Below, piece by piece: positions 33,999 through 44,593 of a stretch of 64,000 nucleotides of DNA. The position numbers and the translations under genes were made by a program. Origin of the DNA: Oopsacas minuta (Eukaryota > Animalia > Porifera); contig JAKMXF010000066.1 of NCBI GenBank assembly GCA_024704765.1, positions 372,001-436,000 on the forward strand, in the 5' to 3' direction. How positions within the stretch are numbered: position 1 is the first letter of the stretch; each line of letters starts with the position of its first letter. The notes under the pieces are model-generated. The model saw nothing but the letters and a program-made list of their open reading frames with translations, was not told the origin of the DNA and ran no database searches.

Positions 33999-36437
33999 TC
34001 ATTGCTTGATGTTTGCATCGATTCGTTTTTCAGCATACTGCATCCAAGAGGTAGCAAGATCAAGTCTGGAAGAGAGGGAAGGATTCTGTTTATTGAAGGT
34101 ACGTAGAAAGGAGAGAGGCTTATCTCCAGCTGGTTTCCATCTAGGAGGTATGATGGTCCAGGAGATGAAGGAGGGAGACATCTCGAAGCTCTTAGGATAG
34201 ACAGTATGTAGGAACATGAGTAGTAGCAGTGTAGGTATGAATTGTAGTAGCTTTTTGTATACTGATACTCCTAGTGACTTTACTCCACTCTCTTCTATCT
34301 CTGTTTCTATCTGTTCTGGAGACATAAGTAGAAAGGAATGTATTATACTCAGATTTGATATCTCCCAACTTCCTTCTTCACTCTGTAGGGAGAATACTTC
34401 TTCACAGAATTCGTTCATGTCTGGTACTAATACGATCTGTTCAGTTTCCGAAGACTTTGGTTCTGAGTCTTCAAATAGATCTTCACTAAAACCACCACAA
34501 GTTGCAATTTGTCTGCTCTCAACATTCAAGTTTATTGGCATATTTGTGATGTCAACTGTTCCTTCGTCGGCTTCTTCATAACCACCTTCAAAGAATTTAG
34601 AGCTATAGTATTCACTTGGTACAGTTTTACCCATTTTCCTTTCATAAATGTTTTCAATATATCCTTGCTGTAGGTCCATATATGATTGCTGGTTTTGTGG
34701 GGCTAGTAGCTGCTGCTGCTGTTCATCTAGTGGTGGTCGATATCGGTGTGGTAATTTTACTTGACTTGGAGGTGGAATTGCTTGCGTTAATACTGGAAAT
34801 TGTGGTTGCGACGAAATCGAACGTCTACTTAACAGTTGGGGCATAGGTTTTGGTTGTGCTCCTGAAAAAGTACAAGCAAACGGATCTAAAGCTTTTTGTA
34901 AATTAAATCTTGCAGCTGTTGCTGTATTTCTACGGAAGTCAGCTGTTTTATCTGTTTCTGGTATAGGTGCTCTAGAGGAATTATATTGTGTTTCACTAGG
35001 AGGCGATATTTCAGGAGGTGAAGCCCCAAACAATGATATTTGAGGAGCTCCTGGAGCAGATCTATCTGCGCTCCTTAATCGACTCCCAAAATGAATTTTT
35101 CGTAATTCGCTTGCTGGAGCTGCTGCAGACTTACTTTGGTAATTGGAAAATAAAGATTGTTCATAGTGGGGTATATCTTGTGATTCTCCTTTATTGGCCT
35201 TTCCATATGTTCCATATGCACCACGGCCACGGCCACGGACTCTTGTTTTGGAAAACTGTGGATGTAAATCTAATTGAGGTTGCTGTGATTGTGGACTAGA
35301 TTGAATTAGACCTTGTATGTCACTTGATGGAGCTGAAAATGTTTCTAACTCCATTCCACTTGATTGGGTTGGCTTTAAATTATATGTCATTCCACTTGAT
35401 AATTCCATTCCACCTATAGTGGGCTCGGTTAGCTCTGCCATAAAACTCATTGAACCTGAACGAGCTTGAAAGGGTTGACTTTGATTACTTGCTCCTGATT
35501 CCCTTGGAAATTTAGTGGACCGACGACTCATTCCACTCATTGGTTCAAATAACACTTCACTTGATTGAGCTTGCTCTGATTCAATTAATTTTTCAAAAGA
35601 TTGATCTTCAAAATGTTCACTTTGATTACTTGGTGCTACATCCATACATAGAAACGGACTGGCTTGATGACTCATTGCAGTGTAAGATCCTACTTCCATT
35701 TTTCTTAATAATGGCATACTTTTCTTCTGGAACACTTTAGGTACGGATGCTAGACACTCCGATGCATCTACTAATGTAGTCAATTCCTCGTCTCTAATAA
35801 GTAGATCCAATACTTTGTCATCAACTCCTGTTGGCACTTCTACAGAAAGATTTTCCATTTGTTTTTTACGAAATTTCTTTTTTTTACCTTCCTCCTGGCT
35901 CTTTTCTCTACTGTCTCTCCTATTTAATGGTTTTGCTTCTTCTTCCTCTCTTCTTCTCTTTTCTTCTGTCCCTAAAAGCATGCTACTTCCTCCAGCTACT
36001 AGCTCATCTCTTCCATGATGGATTTCCTCTTCCTTTTCATTAACATCCAATTTCTCATTTTCCATCTCACTTGTTTTAACGCTTATAAAATCCCTTAATA
36101 ACTGTAGCTTCATCGTTTCACTTTTGTAAGTATCTTCAGACATACAATCTAGTTTAGATATTCTCTCATCAAATAACTTGATCGCCTCATTTACATCAGT
36201 TGGTAGACCTTGATTTGAATACCATGAAGGGATATCCCTACCATCCACTTCACTTGAGGATGAACTACTTGATTCTAGCAGTACGTAATCTGAATCATCG
36301 CTAGCTAACGAATCTCTCTCCCCTCTGAGTTTCATCTGTTCATCGTAATCATGCTCTTTAGTAGTTTCCAATAACTCATATAACTTTTTCATTATATCTT
36401 TTCTAGCTGTAGTTGTAATGGGAAGATCTTGACTGAC
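33999..36437 (-). CDS. PARP4: PARP4 proximal last exon A: 14-3-3 fragment, R-SNARE motif, low-complexity linker, MVP-binding domain
   Basis: Acceptor TTTCCTACAG ends at 36438; phase 0 (VSQDLP...). Minus-strand AATAAA at 33908-33903, about 90 nt past the stop. Confidence 0.88.
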   Translation of the reverse strand, partial: VSQDLPITTTARKDIMKKLYELLETTKEHDYDEQMKLRGERDSLASDDSDYVLLESSSSSSSEVDGRDIPSWYSNQGLPTDVNEAIKLFDERISKLDCMSEDTYKSETMKLQLLRDFISVKTSEMENEKLDVNEKEEEIHHGRDELVAGGSSMLLGTEEKRRREEEEAKPLNRRDSREKSQEEGKKKKFRKKQMENLSVEVPTGVDDKVLDLLIRDEELTTLVDASECLASVPKVFQKKSMPLLRKMEVGSYTAMSHQASPFLCMDVAPSNQSEHFEDQSFEKLIESEQAQSSEVLFEPMSGMSRRSTKFPRESGASNQSQPFQARSGSMSFMAELTEPTIGGMELSSGMTYNLKPTQSSGMELETFSAPSSDIQGLIQSSPQSQQPQLDLHPQFSKTRVRGRGRGAYGTYGKANKGESQDIPHYEQSLFSNYQSKSAAAPASELRKIHFGSRLRSADRSAPGAPQISLFGASPPEISPPSETQYNSSRAPIPETDKTADFRRNTATAARFNLQKALDPFACTFSGAQPKPMPQLLSRRSISSQPQFPVLTQAIPPPSQVKLPHRYRPPLDEQQQQLLAPQNQQSYMDLQQGYIENIYERKMGKTVPSEYYSSKFFEGGYEEADEGTVDITNMPINLNVESRQIATCGGFSEDLFEDSEPKSSETEQIVLVPDMNEFCEEVFSLQSEEGSWEISNLSIIHSFLLMSPEQIETEIEESGVKSLGVSVYKKLLQFIPTLLLLMFLHTVYPKSFEMSPSFISWTIIPPRWKPAGDKPLSFLRTFNKQNPSLSSRLDLATSWMQYAEKRIDANIKQ

Positions 36438-37164
36438 CTGTAGGAAAGTTTTTGAGGATAGTTTGATAATCGAAAATCCTTCAATTATCAATATAAACTT
36501 TAGCGTTTACCCAGCTTTATATCATTAGTCATTTTATTATACCATTACTGAGTTACTGCTAACTTTTCATTTTTCGGGACATTATGCAATTATGTAGATA
36601 CAACAGCAATAATTCCTTTTATGGAAGTTTAGGTTCCTTGTAGAATATAACACACAATATATTAGAGCTATTTACCGTATAAATTCATTAATAAATAGGT
36701 TTATATTTGATAAAGTAAAATGAGAATTTGGCTAAGTTACTTCGCGTTATATAATTACAGTAAATAAATCAACAAGAATACTGTTTACAGCAATATGTAC
36801 GTATTCAAATGAATTTCGAGATTGTTTAGTATAATCGAATCCCTCAGAGTATAACCAAACATACATTTAAGTTAATGAGAAATAATGAATCCAAATAATT
36901 AAAATAAAATAATAATTACATCAGAATATATGTTGTTTTGTATCATGGCTTGTAGCAAATGCTTCAATTCAATCTTGTTGTTATGAATTATATTGTTTTA
37001 TGCAATTATCGTCTTAAATATACTGATATTCAAAAATAATATACATTCATTGAATTTCAAATAATATTCACCTTCTGTGCTTTCTAGTATTCCAATATTA
37101 GCGAGAAACAACAAATAAATAAATAAACAATAGCGTACAATAGTGTATAATGCTTGTGATAAAC

Positions 37165-37166
<2 letters not shown>

Positions 37167-37225
<59 letters not shown>
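37167..37225. repeat. (TAA)~20 microsatellite, read (ATT)n on the PARP4 strand
   Basis: Starts a few nt inside the intron after the last common PARP4 exon. Confidence 0.95.
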
Positions 37226-37231
37226 CCTGAC

Positions 37232-38679
37232 CTGCTCCTTTGCAATTTCCAATGCTCTCTCCAGACTAGCAGTTGTCTTTGAACTCATAGCCTCCTCATA
37301 AGCTTCCCTTAAGATAGCTTCTCCACTGGTTGCTATCTCTTCCTCCGCTCCTTGTTCCCATCCCATGTAATCGAGAATATCTACATCCTCATCTATAACC
37401 AGCTCCTCAATGCTTGGACCAGTCTCCTTACTGAATACTTCTCCCTTCTCGCGCTTTTCAACAGCTACGAAACTTGTGTACTAAATTGAATGGTATTTTG
37501 TTAATTCGAACTGTCACTGTAAAATAATGTTCGAATTATCGAACGGAAGTGATAGTATAATATCTTCACGGGAAAAATCAAATTTTTCGAAGTTTTTCAT
37601 AATCCTAAGTTTACCTGAGTGACTATACAATACTTCTTAGACATTTCTATAACTTTGGGTTTCCTCTCTCTTCGTTTCAATTCATCCTGAATAGGATCTC
37701 CCTCTAAGTGTCCCTCTAGTGAGTCTCTTATCACAGCCTTAGCTGTCAGTCTCCCTAACGTAATTCCCTTTGTAACAGAAAGATCTGAACAGTACACGCT
37801 AGTCTCCAACTGCTTCCCTCCAAGAGTGGCTCTTAGTATAGCTTGTCTGCATGATGATGCAAAACCGTACACTACTAATCTGTTTCCGTGGAAAACCGGT
37901 CCCAACTGTAGAGGCGCCCATTCAGGCGGCTCTAGCTTCACGACTCCGTCCTATTAATGGAATTTAAGGGTTAATTCCTTTGCCCAAGATATAAGCAAAC
38001 TCCCGATATATCGAACACATATATTTAATTATCGAGTTACAGCAGTCCCTTAAGCTTCGATATAACGGATGTTGACTGTAAATAGATTGAAGTGACTGTA
38101 TTTATCTGGTTTATATCAATTGAATGCATTACTTTTACAGCTAACTCAACTTACGTCAAATTGTTTCCATTCCACTTCTATTCCTCCAAGTGCTGGCTGG
38201 AACGCCCTGTTAATCTGCCTATGTACCTTTCCTTCCCATTTAGATTTAGCTGTTGTATCAAAGCTCTCTGAACATCCAAGACCTGTCCTACTCATTCTGT
38301 TCATCAAGTGCTTGTTGAGAGCTGATCCTACTCCCAGAGTAAATACTCTACTATGTCTACTGATGTTTTGTATCTTGTTAAGGACTGTATGTTCCTGTTG
38401 ATAGCAATACGTATTATAATAGCTTTTGATAAAATCGAAAATATAAAGGCTCCGAATTCATATAATAACATTACATATCATATGCTGTATTCTAAAACTC
38501 TTCTTCTTAACGAACACTACTCACGGGGGTAGTATGGAAATTCTTTTTGTTCCAAAGGCGTGATACAGAAAAGGAAGGGGTCAAAACTCAAAATTTCAGG
38601 AATTTACGTTACGTAGCGTTCCAACGGCCCCAACTCAGTTTTAATCATTAATTGGTATTATTATTATTATTATTATTAT

Positions 38680-38720
<41 letters not shown>

Positions 38721-41700
38721 CATTCAATACTAACCTGTGTAACGTGCCCATCAGAGATAATGAATACACTCCTGTTGGGTATGAGTGATCCACTACTAGA
38801 ATCTCTGTACAACAGCTCTACAGCATGGAACAACTTCCATAGGTTTGTACTACCCATATTAGGTCTGGCTAGCTGCACCCAGTTGCTAGCCTGTTTAACT
38901 GTATCTTTAGATTGGTTCTGTGAGTATGGAAATAATTCCTCCCAACCACTTCCGAACTTTATTATGTTGAAACGAGAATTGTTTGGGAGATGATATAATG
39001 CTAAGAGGAGAACCTGTAGCGAGAATATTATTAGAAATAATTTTAACTTTGTACTGAAAACATCAGGAAATTACAAATGCGATCGAATTGGAAAATAGAT
39101 TTAGAATTCTTATATCCAGAAAAGCTGACAAAGCACTAGAGACTACCAACAATTTCACCCGTGGGCCCCCCCTATACCAATATTAGCACATTCTGTCCTC
39201 TCATAGACTGAAATACAAATATTGAGATGCTTGGAGTAGACCGCTGCACTAACTGCCTGTACACATTATCCCTTTACTACTCACCTTCTTTGCAGTAGAG
39301 AAAGCTGTATCCTCCTGCATAGAGTGAGAACAGTCAAGTAGGAATAATATCTCAGCGTAAGGAGACTCCTCAACTTCAAATTCGGGATAGAATGTTAGCA
39401 TACATGCTTCTGTTCCATCCTCTGCTTCTTCTACCCACATTCTTGGTACATGAGCATGAGAGAGAACTATTTGAAGATGGAACCCATCTTTCCCAATATT
39501 CTCACCTTTAATCATCTCTAGAACAGCTCTTGTTTGTGTTTTCTTTATCTTCATACGATGACTGGTACAATTGATCCCTTGTATGTCAAATGGCATTTCT
39601 ACTTTCAACTAATAAGAGAAATAAATTGTGGTTAAGAATTATACTTTTTAACGAAAATTTACATTATTTCAGCGGTTTCAACCTTTTTAACCCTTGGGAA
39701 CCAAGCGGGCACAAGGACCCAGATTGGGAACAACTGTATTATTTAACAGTTTTCAATTACTATAGTAACCTGTAGTGAAGTTTTCCCTGCATGTTGATCT
39801 CTAATCTTTACAGTCCCTACTTCAGACTGTGTGAGTGGATCTAGAGCTGTTCCTGTGTGCCAGGGAGCTACACTCCCGGGTAGATTAAACAGTACACTGT
39901 CTCCTTCCATCATTAGCTCTGCTACATATGTTATCTTGATTAACACGTTAGCTCCTGGAGGGAGGTTGCCAACACTCACTGTAAATACATCTGGCACCTA
40001 TAAGTATATTGTATAAGAACTTTTTCCCATTGTTTTTGCCAAAAATTGTTGCTGCTACCACGTAAAATCGGTTGAAAATGTAAAATATCATATTTCACCT
40101 ATTATTCGCCTAATAGCAAGTTTTTTTCAGGATTCGAGTCCCATTTTGTATCGGAAATAATTCTCTAGTAGCAAATTCGCTTACAAGCAAGAAAATTGTT
40201 CCCAAAATACGACTTGTTAATATTCAAATTTTTTCATTGAAAACACCCCATATTCGAACTTTTCCCTTCAAGTTTATCTTTCAGCTTACCTCTTCGTCCA
40301 TGAGATAAGCTCCGTGTCCTTCTTTTATAGCTTCTCTGTACTCCCTGTGTGCTTTTTCCTTCTCCTTAACTTCTCCCACGATATGCTTACCGTTAATGAA
40401 AGCTTCGAATCCACACACACAAGCATTTTCATCCAGTGGAAACACATACTTAGCTTCTATTGCTTTCAAACCCTCGTTTTCATACTCTTGCATTACAATA
40501 ACTTCACTTGACAGATCCATTAATTTGACTCGTATATGAACAGATTTTAGAGGTACACCTGCTCCTCCGGTGTCTCCCCCCACTACCTGCAGACCTGGTA
40601 CTATCTTATCCATTGGGTTAGACACACCCTGTACATCTCCTATCTCCACATGACCTGATTCACTCTCTAATTCTTTTGATTCATAATTCTCTTCGTTTTC
40701 ACTCTCAGATCTACGAATGTAGTTAATTAGTCATATAATATAATATCTAGTTCAGTGGTTCCCAACCTGTGTTCACCCGATGACCCCCCCCCTATACCAA
40801 GTTTAACACATTCTGTGGACCCCTGCTGTCGTTCGTGGGAGCACCAAGAGGTTCATGGACCTCAGGTTGGGACCAGCTGATTTAGTGATTTTCAACTTAC
40901 TCTGTGTCTGTATTTTTGATAATCGGCCCATCGCTTGGAAGTTGAAACTCCACTGCGAATCTCAGCACCTGTTGCTTAGTACTATACACGACATATTCAT
41001 TCTCAGAGAACTTACTTCCTGGTTCTTCTCTCCTACCTACCCCTCTCACACTGTCATAACCATCAGGTGCCTTATCCAACTCTCTATCTTCCTCCAAATA
41101 ATCCTTACATTTTCCTATGTTAACTTCATGTATTAGCATCATTCTAGTGTTTGTTGACTGACCAGCTGATGAGAACTTAACACTATGACTTGTGTTTGAA
41201 GCGAAGTAAATACCGGACCCCAATTTTCCGTAATCGGACCTCTCTCCACCGTGTTGTGAGACAATAACTTTCGGCATTAATAATCCTCTCGACAGGATTC
41301 CTAACATGTTTTGATAGGAACTTGAATGGAATAGCAATTTAGTATTAGATTCTTCTCCGATATTTATTTGTTCTGATGGTCTATCGATTCTATAAATGTT
41401 ACGAATTGTTATAGCCTTAGGATCACTAGCCTCTGATAATACCATCTCATTGATTAGATTGAATTCATCAGATTTGGAAGGTAACTTTTCAATAGAACAT
41501 CCCAGTGTAGCGTATTTAGCCCAATAGTTGAGCTTATCATCCCATTTGGTACTTTCTCCAATTGATACCACGTCACGGATTAGCTGGCAAAAGTCTTGTT
41601 TCAGTGATACCTGTTTGATTAATTATAATATAGTTAGAATATTGGATGCAGAATTATTTCCTCAGACCATAGTGTTTACTGAACCAAATTTTGCAATAGT

Positions 41701-42999
41701 TGAATGTGGCCCAACCACTTTGTACGTCCATATCTCGAAAAATACAAGTCAGTTTTATATGCTCAAAAATGCAAAAATGTAGGTCAGAGTCTCCTCTACC
41801 CGAAAAATTGTGTCTCGGGACAATTTCTCCTACAATTATTAAACTATACGGGGGGTTAAAACTAGATTTTGTAGTAGTTTGTAACTAACTTGTTTGAGAT
41901 CAGTGATAGGATCTTTAGCTTTATGTTTGAATGGTATAAGAGTGTAGAATTCGTTAGAAAGTTCTTCTTTACTAACTTCAGATGTCTTAGTACCTTGTAG
42001 CTGATCTCTTATCAATCTTAGAATAGCTTCAGCACGAGTTACCTGATCCAACCCTACTGACTTAACAGGCACACTTAGCAGTCCGTCTCCTCCGTGTCCT
42101 AATGGTGTTAGAGCTTCTCTCCAGATCCCATCTACAAAATCTTTGATATCTCTGCCACCAATCTCGCTACTACCCCACTCAGCTTTGAGGCCTACACTAG
42201 CCTGTACACACGAATCTATCAGATGTTGTTTTAGCTTATTAGAACCTATCTTAAGGGAAATAAACTGTTTGTGTGAATAACCACTTGCTGTAAACTGCTT
42301 TACAAAATGCCCATACACATATTCTGCCTCTCCCACTAACTCCAGGTAGCGTACCTCTTTCAATGTCTTGTCCTGATCACCAGACAGCTGTCCAGTGTGT
42401 GTAAACACGCGGAAATTATGAGTAATTTCGTCTGTATTATCTGTTGATACCTGTAGCTCAACACACGCGAAACTCACGAGCTTACTTTTATAATCAGTTT
42501 TTTTCAACAGAGCATACTTTCCTATATCATATGCAGTTTCTATGAATTTTGGTTCTTTCCCTTTGTTCTGATCAATCGACCATACATACACAGGGAGTTG
42601 ATTGACATTGACAGAAACTTGTTTCGGTTTGCTCGACCTTTTGACTGTCAATTGTTTGTCAATTCCTGATGCGACGATCTTACCAGAACCGAATGATAAT
42701 GAAGCAGTACTACCAGTCAGTAGGTACTTATCAGTGTCAAGAAGTTTCCCTTCTTCTATGCAAGCATCCAGGTAACCAATACCTACAACAGGAATGCCCT
42801 TTTTCAACGCGGTTTTTGCTTTATAGGAGTCCTGCGCTTTATCGGGATTGTTCATAAGCATGAACTTAGTCTGAGCAGTTATTAGGAAGGATATTATCCC
42901 GCCATTATCTGTAATCTTCTTTTTGAGAAGAGTTTTTTCTTTGAACGAAACACTGAAGTCAAGTTCAAGCACAAAATGACAATGTTCAAATATTCTCAT
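37232..42999 (-). CDS. PARP4: Vault PARP common core (BRCT, PARP regulatory/catalytic, VIT, vWA); exons 41890..42999, 40901..41610, 40290..40710, 39770..39997, 39285..39608, 38735..39013, 38155..38394, 37615..37950, 37232..37480 (1299 codons)
   Basis: BRCT (MRIFEHCHFVL...GGIISF); DFCQLIRDVV; catalytic H-Y-E residues (LLFHSS, GSGIYFA, ENEYVVY); VIT (IEAKYVFPLD...CGFEAFINGKHIVGEVKEKE, PDVFTVSVGNLPP); vWA (FLLDCSHSM, IISDGH); YTSFVAVEKR...EDVDILDYMGW. Every splice checked is GT-AG and frame-preserving. Confidence 0.93.
38656..38720. repeat. Compound (TAT)n(AGT)n microsatellite in PARP4 intron 6
   Basis: Directly visible; about 8 + 13 units close to the donor site. Confidence 0.9.
40753..40879. 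mobile_element. hAT-like MITE in PARP4 intron 2
   Basis: TIRs CAGTGGTTCCCAACCT / AGGTTGGGACCAGCTG; flanks ATCTAGTT / ATTTAGTG (6/8 match, decayed 8-bp TSD). Related copies near 39155-39210 and 51405-51560. Confidence 0.6.
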
Positions 43000-43582
43000 T
43001 TCTAGGAGAAAAAGTGTATTCAAATAGACCAAACTTCTTATATAAGAAAGTGTATGCAAATCCTTGCTGCATTAAGCCTAAATGGTTCTGTATAAATCCT
43101 GTTAATGTTCAATATAGTAACTCTAGCTGGCTCGTTATAGCAATCTTAATGTGTATTATTTTAAGCTACACACATAATATTTATGACCTAAGACGGATTG
43201 TAAATTGTAATCTTTATGAAAGGAGAGATTTATTATTGTAACAACCTTGCTTATTTAGGGACATATGTTAGATCACGTGTTTTGTTTAGCATTAATCAAA
43301 TAGCATTGCATGTAGTATATTACCTCATATTTGGGACGTACATAATTAAACGCTCATTATCTGTTACAAGACTTTTACATATTTATGGCAGTGTTGATAT
43401 TGCAAAATTCTTTCACCACATGGGATTTCTGTAGACACATTCATTCATTCAATGGGATTTTATTTAAATATTCCTAATATATTAATTATCAAATTTCTTC
43501 TTTTTTTGAAAAAAATTTGCAAATGTTGTTTAGCATTAATGAAATAATTGAGTTACTGTAACTACAATAGCAAACAGCTGTA

Positions 43583-44593
43583 ATGTCCAAAACATACTAT
43601 CAACTGCTATACAACACTGCTAATGCTCAGAAAGTTCTACCCAAATCTCTTGCTAACACATTCCTTTCTGAGCAGTTAGAAGGAATTGGTAGTAAGAACG
43701 CGCTTGCTGGCGCTGGCGATTTTAAAACCTCAGCTAAAGACGCTGCTATTCTACATCATAAGGTAGAACATTATGCTAAAGAGGCTCTTGGAAATCTTAA
43801 CCAATTGCAGAGCAGACAAATTGGAGTTAGGAGAATGTTCGATAAACATAACCAAATACTTGAAAATGAAAAGGAAGAACTTTTGAATTTGAAACCACAG
43901 ACTGTTACACGTGGTGGCATGAGGACATCTCAGACAGGATTCAGTAGCAGATCGTCTAGCGCTGAGAGGAGAAGAACCACATCGGGAAGAGAAGAGAATC
44001 TTAGGAGTGAATCTAGATGTGCTTTTGGAATAGACTTGAGCCAGTACTTAGTCTCAACTGTGGTGAAGAAAAAGAAAGTAGAAGAACAGCTAAAACGAGA
44101 TTCTCTGCTCACTCAGAGTAGAAGTGGCTTGACTGGCTCAAAAAGTAAACTCATGAGTCCCTCTAAAGTTAATGTATTCTCTGGGGTTGGAGCAGGAACT
44201 ATACAAGTTGATGATCCAAAGAAAAAGGCTCAAGAGGCTCGACAGAAGAAAGTCGATGGCTTTCTGAAATTACTGGATCAGCCTTTTATACAGATGGATC
44301 TAGGTCTTAAAGGACCTGCTGCATTCAATGAATTCTATTCTCTCTCCCTTGACAATCTTGTGGTAGAAGAACAGCAGTACACGAACCTGTTAAGCGAGCT
44401 TAAATCTATTCCAGAGAACGATGAACTAGCAAAGAACTTCAATCAGCGTAGTACCGAACGCAGGACTGAGAGGAAATATGCCAGTCAGCTCGAGATAGAA
44501 TTTGATAAGATTAAAAACACTCGATATATTAGAGATTTCCATCCCTTCCAGAAGGAAGGAGGGCCGGATACAAATAGTGAAGAGTTCATGTGA
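43583..44593 (+). CDS. Hypothetical 336-aa helical/coiled-coil protein, divergent (head-to-head) from PARP4
   Basis: Long ATG-started ORF with coding-like composition; no family recognised. Confidence 0.7.
   Translation: MSKTYYQLLYNTANAQKVLPKSLANTFLSEQLEGIGSKNALAGAGDFKTSAKDAAILHHKVEHYAKEALGNLNQLQSRQIGVRRMFDKHNQILENEKEELLNLKPQTVTRGGMRTSQTGFSSRSSSAERRRTTSGREENLRSESRCAFGIDLSQYLVSTVVKKKKVEEQLKRDSLLTQSRSGLTGSKSKLMSPSKVNVFSGVGAGTIQVDDPKKKAQEARQKKVDGFLKLLDQPFIQMDLGLKGPAAFNEFYSLSLDNLVVEEQQYTNLLSELKSIPENDELAKNFNQRSTERRTERKYASQLEIEFDKIKNTRYIRDFHPFQKEGGPDTNSEEFM

Noticed and set aside
26020-36043. Many plus-strand ORFs antisense to PARP4 exons, some recurring (e.g. 28761, 31364, 34006)
   Set aside because: They recur only because the sense-strand MVP-binding block is duplicated; no independent coding signal.
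36998-38993. Poly-Ile, poly-Thr/Asn and poly-Leu/Val tracts in ORF translations
   Set aside because: These are read-through into intronic microsatellites beyond GT donors.
4681-42999. NBR1 and PARP4 proximity as a functional vault-autophagy cluster
   Set aside because: Separated by several unrelated housekeeping genes; no evidence beyond adjacency in a gene-dense genome.
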